64,000 nucleotides of DNA from Dudresnaya verticillata (lineage: Eukaryota): assembly GCA_977862235.1 (NCBI GenBank), contig OZ374560.1, forward strand, positions 2,604,001 through 2,668,000. The letters run 5' to 3'. Of the stretch, positions 22,802 to 34,900 are shown piece after piece. A program made the position numbers and the translations under genes. Each line of letters begins with the position of its first letter. The stretch's first letter is position 1. The notes under the pieces were generated by a model that saw nothing but the letters and a program-made list of their open reading frames with translations, was not told the origin of the DNA and searched no databases.

Positions 22802-23804
22802 AGTGGCCGAGTTTGGGAATGTAAATGCGGCTGTGGTGGTGAGGGATTGGTAAGCGGAAACGGGATCAGTTAGCAGAGGGGGAAGAGGTTTGTAGGGTTG
22901 GGGTCCTGAGAGGAGTTGAGTGGTTCTGCTCCGCTCCATTTCAGTGTCTTTATAGTATCCGCAGTCGTCGGCTAGAAGCTGCTTCCCGTGCTTTTTTGGC
23001 GGAGGCTGGCCAAGGAAGGGCAGGGGCTGGGGGCACAACACTAAGAATTAAACGATACAATTACCACATTGCTGTTTCGTTGGGAATGTGAGAAAGGGAC
23101 AATGAGTCTGTAGGTTCTGTATTGATACCTTGAGACGCAAGCTGGGGACATCTATTCTATTGCTAACATATGTAACTTTGTCAGAGTGTTATGAGGAGTG
23201 ATAACAATGGGAGCAATCAGCTGACGCCAGAAAAACTTCTGCTGTGTGTAATGTGTTTAGAGCTGAGACGGTATCGGCGAGACAGGAGATCTACCCGGAG
23301 ATATATCCACGTATGTCGTCGAGTAATTCTTTTAGCGAGCAGGACCCACGCTACGAGACTATTGTGAGGCCTTAAGGATTGTCACATTGAGCATTTTGGC
23401 CACATTTAATCCGCTTCCCTATTGATAAAAAAGCGGTGGGGCCTTTCTATCGTATCCGAAGTTGTGGCGTTTGCAAAATCAACCATTCCAGGGCGTACGG
23501 GGCTATAGTCTTTTTCCAAGGCATAAAAGTCTCCATCCCTCCATATTCACGTATTGTCCCCACTTTGTTCCCCAAGCCCTCCAAAACAACTTCAAAAGTC
23601 GTCTCAACTGGAAAATGTCCCTAACAAAACTCGAAAGCTCCTAATAGGGAACGAAGGTGTGTCGAGCACTCGCAGCGGTTTTCAGGCAACAAGTTTCAAG
23701 TGCCAAACATGTACGAACGGCAGAGAGACTGCCAATTGCATTCACACTTTGATTTCCTTAAACACTCTCAAATACACAATCAAGCCGGGCTTTCCCGTCC
23801 AAAC

Positions 23805-24692
23805 TCATCTTAAGTCTTTTGGCAACTCTAAGGTCACATCCGCAACTGAAATGGAAACTTCAGGGCCGCAGAACCGTTCAGCTAAATTCGCTTCGAGCTC
23901 CCTGCGCCTGCGGTTTCCGGCAAGAAACAAGTCGACGCATGCAATAATAGAACTGCATCTTCCGGAAACAGGTCCTTCTTCTGCCCGTCTGATTAGACGA
24001 CGATGCACTGCGAACGCCTCATTGTCAGCGAAGACGACGCCGGCTCGGATCGAAATTTCCAAATCAAAATCTCCCTTGGACGTGCATCGGTTCTGAAGAG
24101 TTGTAGATGTTGCAGAAGTGGAACAAGATATCCGTATTCTAGTCTCTGGAAGTGGGCAAGCAGTATTGTATCCAATAGCGAAAAGGTACTGAGCCCCGTT
24201 TTGTTTTTGAATCTCCGTGCTAATATCAGGGGCCGGCTTAGACGGCTGGCATACCTCTTCACACTTTTCAATAATTGGAGGCGATCCTTGAGTAGCAGGA
24301 GCAGGCGGAGAGGAAGGCTTCGGTGAAGATGTAGGTGTCGGCGTTGGTGTAGAAGATTGAGAAGCGAGAGGTGAAGGGGAACCGGAAATAGAGACTGAAG
24401 GTGTTGCTGTCACGGAAGGAGACACTGATAGACTGATTGAGGGCGACGGACTTTGACTCGGTGTTGTTGACGGCGAAGGAGAAGCACTCGGAGAATGCGA
24501 AACAACTCCCAAGGCCTCAAGAGTGTCTGAAATTGGGCCGGCTGTGGGCTTCAACACACTGTTGACAATATCATCCTTGCTGAATGGAAGCTTGTTGGGT
24601 ATGGAAATGTTCATAATGTTCTGCGCGGCCACATCTGAATTGAGAAGTAGGACGGGCACAGAGAATAGCACCAGAAGCAGACAGACTCCCAT
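23805..24692 (-). CDS. Secreted Ser/Pro/Thr-rich (extensin/mucin-like) protein with Cys-containing C-terminal domain
   Basis: Signal peptide MGVCLLLVLFSVPVLLL; SPSASPSPSTTPSQSPSPS repeats; 8 Cys in the C-terminal ~150 aa. Confidence 0.85.
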   Translation of the reverse strand: MGVCLLLVLFSVPVLLLNSDVAAQNIMNISIPNKLPFSKDDIVNSVLKPTAGPISDTLEALGVVSHSPSASPSPSTTPSQSPSPSISLSVSPSVTATPSVSISGSPSPLASQSSTPTPTPTSSPKPSSPPAPATQGSPPIIEKCEEVCQPSKPAPDISTEIQKQNGAQYLFAIGYNTACPLPETRIRISCSTSATSTTLQNRCTSKGDFDLEISIRAGVVFADNEAFAVHRRLIRRAEEGPVSGRCSSIIACVDLFLAGNRRRRELEANLAERFCGPEVSISVADVTLELPKDLR

Positions 24693-24850
24693 GTTGCTGT
24701 TGATCGTCTTGATACTGCACTATTGAGTAGGATGGTAAATAGGAAGAGCTCGTGAGAAGTTGGGTATTTTCTTGCTGCCAGAGCTAGAGCGTGCAAGTTG
24801 ATATTTGGGAATGACAGAATGAGCAGAGCGCGTCCGAGCATTCATCACTT

Positions 24851-24857
24851 ATTTATA
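24851..24857 (-). promoter_or_regulatory. Candidate TATA box (TATAAAT) for the secreted SP-rich gene
   Basis: TGATATAAATAAG on the minus strand about 160 nt upstream of the ATG at 24692. Confidence 0.4.
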
Positions 24858-26471
24858 TCAATCTGTGCTCTCAAAGGATACATCAGCATTGGGGAATGAT
24901 CATGGCCTGATTTCCGGATCATCATGCGGTCGCAAGCCCCGCGATTGCTAGTATAGTTTGTTAAGAGAATCTCGTTGGACATTGTCTTGACGATAAAGTG
25001 GCGCTTTGTGTCGAAGAGTCACATAGAGAAGGTGTGAGCGACTCTAGATCTCTGGTCAAAATCTAGTTTCTGTAAATGCTATTGGAGCTAGTCGTCAACC
25101 ATGTTGTCCCAAGGTACCTATACAGGCGATCGGATCTTCGGATGGAACGACAAATAGCGGTTTTCGGCATAAAGATATTGATGCACTGGGGTTGGAGGAT
25201 TTCCCGGCCTCGAAAGGGCCCTTTAGTTATGCTTTGAAAAAGCGCTGACGGCAGTACGTGGGACGGTAGATAGAAAATATGTACCGATGCGAGGACTGGA
25301 GATAAAGTACAGCTATGTCATAGCTAATAAAGAGAGCTAACTTTGTGCAAAGATCGGAAGCCCGCAAATCGATCTTACTACTCCCACATCGTATCTTTCC
25401 GGATATCGAAACTGCATATCACTGTACTTATGGACGGGTCGGTGTTGCTGCAGCAATGGGACTATCGGATGCTAGAGGAGGCCAACATTGGCCCCAATGC
25501 CTTGCGAAGCAAATGGGCCCAAGACAAACAATAAAACTAAACAAAGCGGCAGTTGGAATGGGAGAATGTCTCATAGCCTATGAGCCATAGCGCAATAATG
25601 GTGGTTTGTCCACAGTAAAGCCTGTTTCGATTTTGGGGCCCGGCCTCTTTGTCGAAAGGTAAAGCGCTGGGGATATGAAAAGGGGATGAGTTTCTGGTGT
25701 ATCTTGTTTCTTCGTGGGCCATCTGCGCATTACCAAGAATGCTAATGGCCTGTGTCCGAAAGCTCCCTGGTACTACACGGTGGTCGATGGCCCAGTGCGC
25801 CAGCACCTCCCTGTTCCGATCACAGAATAGCGGCAGAAAAGGGGTATCATCGGACTGTGGGTCGTGACCGGCAGTCGAAAAGGATGAGTTTCGGAGTCCA
25901 ACAATGACTGCAAAGGTACACCATAATGGAAAAAGCAAATCAAAAGACGGGGCTGATAGACATTTTCGATTGCTCGATATGTTCAAAGGTGAGTTTTCGG
26001 ATTGCAGCAATATGCATGAGAAAGAACAAGCTGATCCAGGCTGAAGAAATGCCGTTTAGGGGCCATGTGTATCCATGCTGTCCAGATATACAACACCGCT
26101 TTTCCGCTGCATGAACCTTTATCTTGAAGGTTCACTGAGCGATTAAGACCTAGCCGAACTCTGCTTGTTATGTTGAGAGAATCTCTGCGGCTAGCCGAAC
26201 TTATTTAGCAGATATGTAGGCATACCCCTCCCTCGTGCTGGAAGCTACGGGATTTCTGGTCTTTGCCGTGGAAAGATTTAAATCTATTGGCTCCCTTTAA
26301 GCGGGTAGCCGTTCAGTACTCAATTCCATTTCTCGACACGATTCTGGGAGCCGCAGAAACATCTTGGATATATCTATCGCTCCCCATGTGGTATACTTGC
26401 TGGTTCTTTGCTTCTCCTCTTACTTTATCAGTTTCGTCCTCCCCGGAATGGCTACCGGTACTACAAGAACT

Positions 26472-26763
26472 TTTCTGAAAAATGGTGTCGCTTTTACTTG
26501 TTCTGTCTTGGATCTCATGGACTTGCTAGTCTCTGATCCTTTGATATGCATCTGAATAGTTTTCCAAGCTACAATAAACATGAAGTGCAGTGTAAAAGTC
26601 AGTAGCTGTAGATAGTACAAGGATACAACAATATTTGTTGTTTGTAGTGTTACATATCAAATACTTTGTATTCGATATATAGATATGAAGTCAACTTCAT
26701 AATGCATTTGCATCTGAGTCATCGTGCTGATAAGGATACTGCTGTATCCGACTCATTCTGACA
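26472..26763 (-). repeat. 3' LTR of Copia
   Basis: About 4 mismatches versus 31117-31408, counted by eye. Confidence 0.95.
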
Positions 26764-29700
26764 TTCCCCCTCGCGAAGACGAAGACTGGACTTGTAGTCT
26801 ATCTCGGTGAATTTGAAAACATGATCCTACGAGCGACTTGGTCATAGAATCCGCCTTGTTTGATTCTGACGGAGTGTATATCACTTGAACTTCATTGTTG
26901 TCCACTGCTTCTTTGACGAATGAGTAGCGAATTCCAATGTGCTTAACATTTCTAAGTCCTTGGACATCGTTGGTCCATCGAATAGTGCCTAGGTTATCTT
27001 GATGAATCTTAATGGGCACTTGTACAGGAATATCTAGCTCAGTGAGGACCTGTCGGCACCATTTCACCAGTTTCAGACAATCTGCGAGAGCATAAAACTC
27101 TGCCTCAGGGGTTGAGACTGCAACTGACTGTTGCAACTTAGAGCTCCAACTTACTGGGTTTCCCCAATCGTTACAACCATGCCTGACCTTGATCGTCTAC
27201 TATCTTGTTCCCGAGCCCAATCTGCATCACGCCATGCTTACAAGAGTACATTGCTGTTACGGTAGGATAGTCCGTAGTCTACAGTTCCTTTCAGGTATCT
27301 GAGTACATTTTTTAGGGCTTTCCAATGTATTGGCTTCGGTGAAGCGCTGAATTTGCCCAACATAGATACTACTGCTGCGATGTCAGGCCTTGTCCTCGTA
27401 CTTAAGTGGAGTAGAGTTCCCAGCACGCTGGAAAAGGGTACTGCTTCCATTTGCAATTCCTCTTCTGCTGTTCGCATTGTCCTTGGATCGTATAGTACAT
27501 GACTTGACGGTAGTGGGGTTGGTGATGAATTACAATTAGTCATGTTCGTGTCATTGAGAATTTTTTCAATCAATGGACGCTGCGTCATAATTATATCACC
27601 ACATTCTTTTTCAGTGATGGAAACACCAAGAAAGTGACTTAGCGGACACAGATCTATGATTTTGAAGTACCCTTGAAGTTTCTTCTTAACGGTTTGGATG
27701 AGGCCTTCGTCACCAAATAGGGCAAGGTCATCCACATATGCCAACAATATTACTTGTGAAGTCTTTGAATGCAATCGGAAGAGAATTTCACTGCATGATA
27801 GATTTTCAAATCCTATCTTCTGCAAGGTTGCCCGCAAAGTTATATACCAAAGCTTAGGTGCCTCTCTAAGTCCATAAAGTGACTTTCGGAGCTTCACTAT
27901 TCTTCCATCTGCATCTTTAACGCCATCTGTGTTAGGAAGCTTGAGCCAGATATCCGTATCCTTCGGTAGTAGCGAGTACAAAAGGGCCCCTTGACGTCCA
28001 CTTGATGACGTACCCATTGAAAAATTACTGATAGAGCCAGCAGAATTCTCACCAGGTCAAAAGATGCTACCGGTGCATATCTACTTTCATATGCAGGTTC
28101 ATCAACTGCTTGCATATTTCCGCGAGCCACTAGCCTTGCTTTAAAGCGTGCAGGTCGGCTGTTGTTATCTCTTTTCAGTCTGAGTACAATACCAGATGCG
28201 ATAGCCCTTCGTGGAGACCTATCCTCTTCTTGGTACGTTTCAGCCTTTATGACTGTGTTGAATTCTTCATTTATGGCTTCCTTCCAGGAGTCTGCTTCAG
28301 CTGATCCTAGAGCAGTTTTAAGCGGGGGTTCGTCTTCGGTGGTTATAGATTTAGGCATAGCCTTGTTGCTACGAGGCCGCAATTTGTACCCCTGGCTTGT
28401 ATCATTTTCTTCTTCCACCCGATACGTTGATGGATGCTCTGGAATATATGATAAGTCGTCAAGCGAGATAACAGTTGGTTTGTAGTTATCTGTGACCTGC
28501 GGCGTTATTTCTAAGTCAGATTCTGTGTTGCGTTCCTTGAAAGCTTCTGAATCGGAGTCTTCTTCAGTCTACTTTTCTTCTTCCGTGCGACCATCTAATT
28601 CAGAGCTCTCGGAAGATGTAGCGTGGTCTGTGTTACTGTCTGCCTCATTCGCCACTGTATTTTCAGTCTTAAATAGGTCCAGCCCGGGGAATTCTAATTC
28701 CTTGAAACGTACATGCTTACTTATTATTACTTTCTTACCGGTTAGCACCTTATACCTTCCACCATTAATGTGTCCGAGATTAATTCCCTCTGTTAATCGT
28801 GCCGCAAATTTCTTCTGCTTCCTCACTGCAGGTTGAACAATAGCTCGGCAGCCAAAAGGCCTCATATGTTTTGCATAAGGTGCAGGAGTTTTGAATAAGC
28901 TAACATAATGTGAGGATTTTGTTACTGATTGTGTCACAATATTTCTGGCCTGTGATACGTGCTGGATTGCATGAGACCAGTACCCAAGTGGCAATTTAGA
29001 CTGAATCAAGCATGTACGAGCTGCTGATAGCAGAATGCCTTGTGTTCTTTCTACTAAATCATTGGATTGTGGCGTATAAGGAGTAGAGGTAGATACAGTA
29101 ATACCTTCATCTTGAAACATTTTCGCAGCTTTCAGAAATTCTGACCCGCCATCTATATGCAAAGACTTCAACAGTTCTCCTGTCTGTCTCGCGAATGTTT
29201 TCATGAAGTTGATCAGTAATTCAGATGCCTCTGACTTGCGTTCCATTAGATAAACTTCTACATATCGTGACATGTCATCAATGACTGTCATAAAATATTG
29301 ATATCCCTCAACAGACTTAGGGTCAACCTTTCCGACTAAGTCGACATGAATAAAACCAGGCTTCTCTGCTCTTGTAATCTTACCTTTAAAGAAGCGCATA
29401 AATTTCCCTTTTAGGCATGGTTCAAATGGTAACTTTCCTTGGAGAGCTGCGGTAACACTCCACTCCTGATAAGGGATTCAATATCTTTTGTGTTCCCGAG
29501 ATGACCTAGTCGGTAGTGCCACTTCTGCACACTTGAGTTTCCAGTCTGCTGAGAAGTGGTTTCTAAAATTGGAACGGAGGATATGTCTGTGAGATTTATA
29601 GTCTCAGATGCAGCGTCGATGTCGCTTTCTGTCTCAGAATCACAATCCGAATTGTAATCAAAGTCGTCGCTTTCGGATTCATTACCGTCCTCAGAGCTCC

Positions 29701-31116
29701 ACAACTCTGGCGTATCGTCAGCATCTGATTCAGTATCTGATTGTCATCGGACAGTGTGACATGGCTTCTAAATACGGCTCGCATGGCCTGAGTGAGAGGC
29801 TTTTCATTCCTTGTACAGTACGTTTTGCACGATGTATCATCCATAGGAATATAAAATAGTCCATCAGCTGCTTTGAATGCTGATCCAATTTCCCGGAGGT
29901 TATCTTCTATATCCAAAATAATTGCTCTTTCCGGCAGGAAAAGAACGCAAAAACCCTTTTCTGTCAATGCTGGTATATATAGGAGCGGCATGGCTAGCTT
30001 CGGTGCGACAAGTGTGTCTGAAAGGTTGACTTCCGTTTCAATGCCGTTAGATTTCCACAATACTTTGCTAGATCCTCTATGGGTCGCTTTAATCTCCGAT
30101 TCGTCTCCTAGAGAGATTGGAACTTTGCAGATGGCTGTATCGTTCACTGATAGTACGTCATTAGTCATGTGAGTACTTGTCCCAGAATCCAGCATCATCA
30201 GCTTTTCCTTTTGGGAGTTCGCCAAGTTCACTCGAGCCACGGCGGCCCTTTTCTTTCTTCTATCTTTCTTGTCTTCGTTATCATATTTCTGCTGTTGGTG
30301 AGATTCTTTTTCACTTCCGTTTGGTATTTTAGAACCGTCCTTATTGACATTAAGTCTATTCTGTGGATTATTTGGATTTAACCAACACTTATCAATGGTA
30401 TGTCCCTTCTTCTTGCAGAGTTCACAGCTTTTCTGCATTTGTGATACACGCTCCTTGATTTTTATCTGTCCTGCCAGGCTCTGATGTTCTTCCAATAATC
30501 TTGCAGTAATCTTTTCCCAAGACATAGATTCATCTGATAGTGTTTTGACTGCAGCTGCGACTGCATTTAGCTCCGGTGCTTTATTGGAAGAAACAAGTAG
30601 TGCAATTGACAATTCATCAGGAATCGGGTTTCGCATGCTTTGTAGTTGCTCAAGAACTGCTGACATCTGATCTATGTGAGAGGCCATACTTTTCGTGATA
30701 CTTTCATATCGCATGCCGATCAACACGGTCATTTTGGAGATTCTTGATGCTGCGGATTTAGAATCGTACCTTTCATCCAGTTTCTGTATCATCCTAAAAG
30801 GTTTACCAATTTCAGCACGAACCACACGAAGGGCCTTATCGGAGAGCGAAGCCACAATGATATTACTGGCTTTCTTCTGATCGGCGTTGAACTTGTCTTG
30901 AGTAGTGGTACACTCGCTTGTCCATTTTTCGTGAGAGAGAACTTCTTCGATCCCCTTACTGTCACATGCCGCCGAGATACGAATTCGCCAAAGACGGTAG
31001 TCGTCTTTCTCATCAAGTGGCTTGATTCGGACCTTCTCCGCATGTTCAGACATTTCTTCAGTATTTCAGTTTCGTAAACCAAGTATGCTTAGAGGCTTGC
31101 GTCTGGGCCCATAAAC

Positions 31117-31408
31117 TTTCTGAAAAATGGTGTCGCTTTTACTTGTTCTGTCTTGGATCTCATGGACTTGCTAGTCTCTGATCCTTTGATATGCATCTGA
31201 ATAGTTTTCCAAGCTACAATAAACATGAAGTGCAGTGTAAAAGTCAGTAGCTGTAGATAGTACAAGGATGCAACAATATTTGTTGTTTGTAGTGTTACAT
31301 ATCAAATACTTTTTATCCGATATATAGATATGAAGTCAACTTCATAATGCATTTGCATCTGAGTCATCGTGCTGATAAGGATACTGCTGTATCCGACTCA
31401 TTCTGATA
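31117..31408 (-). repeat. 5' LTR of Copia
   Basis: Direct repeat of 26472-26763, followed on the minus strand by the PBS. Confidence 0.95.
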
Positions 31409-31924
31409 GAACTCCATCCTCCATGCCCCTCCGCTATTCATGATCCTACTGAGTCCTCTCTATCGGTTCCATACACTTTCACTGAATCGGAAGTTCGACG
31501 GGCATTGCAGTCCATGTCTATTCATACCGCACCAGGCCCTGATGGCTTTCGTTCTTCCCATCTTCGATTAGTTGGGCACACGCCTGGTAGGTCTGAGCCT
31601 GGACGTTCCGCTCTTCGGGCATTTCACACATTTGTGAATAATTGTGTTTCAGGTCGCCTTCCACATTCTATGCGCAACTGGTTCAGTGCTGCAACGCTGC
31701 TTGGTCTGCCTAAGCCTTCCTCCGGTAGTCTTCGCCCTCTTGCTGTCGGTTGTATTGTTCGTCGATTCATTTGTCGACTCTTGACCCGCCGTGCCTCTAC
31801 TGACCCGGCCGTGGTTAAATATCTACAACCCACGCAACTGGCTATCGGCTCTCACTCTGGCACGGAGAGTATTATTCACGCTCTGCGGGCAGTTATTGAG
31901 TTGCATCAGAATTCTCCATTTGTG

Positions 31925-34900
31925 ATGCTTCATGTTTATTGATTGTTTTAGGTGGTCCTGCGAGGGCGACAAAGGCCTATTTGCAGGCGCACCGGCCCTA
32001 GTCCCGGCAAGGGCTGGGCGCGTTGCCCTTGTCACTTAAGGGGGTGGGAGGCGGCGTGGGGAAGGGTATTCCCTCTCACAAAGCTAACGGATGGTGTCAA
32101 TAGCCGATGATATTGCCATCAGGTCCGAAGAGGAAGGGGTATACAGTGATAGTTTCTGTAGCAGTCTAGCAGGGTCCTGAAGAGTTTTGCGGGCGGTAGG
32201 GCGCTTGGGTGGAATTGGAAACGAACATAAGTGCCAGCGGATGGCGAGTAGGCTGTTTTGGTAGTCGGGGAGCATCAGCCCCGTGGGCAGGCTTGCGGTT
32301 TCGGAGACAGGGGCTGGTCGTGGGCCGGTGAGCGCAGATTTATATTCAGCGATGCAATCCGTGTGCAGTGCTGGGAGGTTGGGAGAGTGCTGGGCCATGG
32401 TGCGGAGCGCACGGGTGCCGATAGTTGAGAGAGCCTGGAGGGTTTGGGTGGCGCGCCATCTGTAGAGGGAGTTAGGTGAATGGGCACATCGTTGGAGGTA
32501 CTTCACGAGCTTCGCTTGAACAATGCGCTGGCGGAGATTCGGCGAGGGTATGTGGAACAGCGCTTTGAGCTTCCGTAGGCGCAGAGACGGCATCCGAGTG
32601 GTACGCTGTGAGATGAACAGTCGGAAGAACGCTGCATCGAGGCTGTCGATGGCTTCTGTGACAGTATTCGTGTAGGGGACTAGCGCACAGCCATGTTCGT
32701 AGAGGGGTCACAAGAGGGTTCCGTAGACGAACTTGACTGCAGGGGCTGACATTCTAGCAGACACGGAACCCAAGTTCGAGAGCGATCGTAGCATACTCTT
32801 TGCTGTAGTGATCCGGGAAATTGTTGAGTGAGTGGTCAGTCCCGTTGTTGACAGGGAAACGCCAAGATATGATACTGTGTCCCGGATCGGTAGTACCTCT
32901 CCAGCAAGTCGGAACTTGGTGGATTTGCGTCGGCTGCGGTGGCGGTTGGGCAGGACCACGGTGCACTTGTGGGCCGACCATGTCATTGCAGCATCGCGTG
33001 CCCATTGCTCGCATACCTCCAGAGCCTGTCGAAGTTCGTGAGGAGAGTTGACGTGCAGCAGGCAATCGTCAGCATAGAGACGTCCTGGTGGGGGGCTGCG
33101 AGGTCGTTTCAGCTTCTCACAGAGGCGGTAGGCGAGTTCGTCTATGAAGATATTGAAAAGAATTGGGCTGAGAGGTGAGCCTTGGACGACACCGCGTCTG
33201 ATTTCACCAGTCGTATTTGTTACATCACCAGCAGTTCGAATCGATAGCGTTCCCAGTGTCGTGGCGATCATCGCGACCAAATGGGGTGGCAAGCGGTCAG
33301 AGCAGATCTGGAGGAGTTTTTGTTGATCAACCATGTCATAGGCACGCTTAAGGTCCAGAACTGCTGTGTAGTCGTCTCCTGTAGCGTTGGAAGAGAGCGT
33401 TAGTGCTACAGCCATGTCCGTTCGCGTCTTATGCTGGAATCCAAACTACATGTGGTGCGGGGAGAACACGGCCTCCACCTCGAGGGCGATGGCGCGCTCG
33501 ACAACCTTGCAGAGGTGGGAGAGCATGCACAGGGGCCTGCAGTAGCTGGGGTTGTCCCTGGGTCCTTTTTTGTGAACTGGTACAAGCAGGCCAGCATCCC
33601 AGTCTTCTGGAAAGGTGCTAGTTCTTCCGCAACACTTCCACAGAGAGAACAGAAGGTCTGCAGATCGCTCAGGGACCAATTTGAGCATCTCGGCATGGGT
33701 TTGATCAGTCCCGACGGCTTTCCCGCTGGGGGTGCTGTGTATCGCCCGTAAGAGAGAGGTACGGAAGGACGGGGGGACATAGAATTCCCGAGGCCTTGGC
33801 GTTGGGGGGGTGTTCGGCGGGGATCTGATGTGGCGGGTGAAGCTTGACGGTGATAGTGTGGTACCTGTGGAGTTGAGGAGTGCAATTCTTCGGTTACGTT
33901 TTCGTTTCTGTGCCCGTATTGCGCGGGCTAAGTCGGAGTGAGGCCTTGTGAGCAGTTCGGCGTTGGATCTCTCTTCTTGCTTGTGCTTTAATGCATGGAC
34001 ACGGGAATGTATCCGGCGCTGCAGTGATCGGTATTCTATTTCCGCTGCTGTCCTTTTGGACGTATCTGCGGATGAGACCATATGCCTGAAGGCCCGTCGC
34101 CTTGCTCGTCGCAGATTATCGAGTTCCGATGTCCAGTACGGCTTGAATCGGCGCGGTTTTGCTGGGGAAAGGAGAGACCAAGGCTTGATTAGGAGATCCG
34201 GGAGACGGTTAAAAGCAGCTTGTGCTTGTTCCGGGGAGGAGGCGCGGTCCATTTCGTTGATGAGGTTTTCGAATGTGCTTTCGTACCATTCAGTGACTTG
34301 GGTATGGTGCCTTGAATTCGCTAGCGTAGTCTTAGTGACTCGTCTTTTCATTTCAAGGAGCCCTCGTTCCATAACTGGCGTGGGATCGGGCATAGGGGTT
34401 TGTACTACCACCGCACGGTGGTCACTGGCTCCATCCCAGCTGCCCTCAGCGACTTGCGCGGAGAGTTTTTGATCGAAGTTTGAGATGCAGATGTCAATAG
34501 TACTGGAGCCGCCACTGTTGTTGCGGCTATAGAAGGTCGGTTCTGGGGGGGCTGACACCCGGAATGGGTTCCTAGAGCACCAGGCGGACAGTGCTTGGCC
34601 CCGTGTGTTTCGAGTGGAGCACCACGTAGGGTGTCTTGCGTTGAAGTCACCAACCATAAGCGTCAGGCCGGGCGAGCGGGATTTGACCTCATTGAGGAAG
34701 GCACGGAGGGTTTCTTGCTCGGTTCTAGGGCTGATGTATGTGCCCACAACATCGCCAACGCCAGGAAGGTTGATGCAGATTGCTTGGTGTAGTGCAGGGT
34801 GAAGCGGAGGAGAGGGGGAGAGGGTGTACCGTAGAGTGGCACTTAGTCCCGGTCGAAGGACGATTGCATGGCCGCCTATCCAGGGACCACGGGCGCTAGC

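Larger units (their letters stand above)
26472..31408 (-). mobile_element. Full-length Ty1/Copia LTR retrotransposon (degenerate gag-pol)
   Basis: 292-bp LTRs, 5-bp TSD GAACT (26467-26471 / 31409-31413), PBS GTTTATGGGCCCAG, PPT GAGGGGGAA. Gag CELCKKKGHTIDKC, PR LDSG, WHYRLGH, INT, RT YVDD, RNase H NKADSMTK, in Copia order with frameshifts and stops. Confidence 0.97.
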
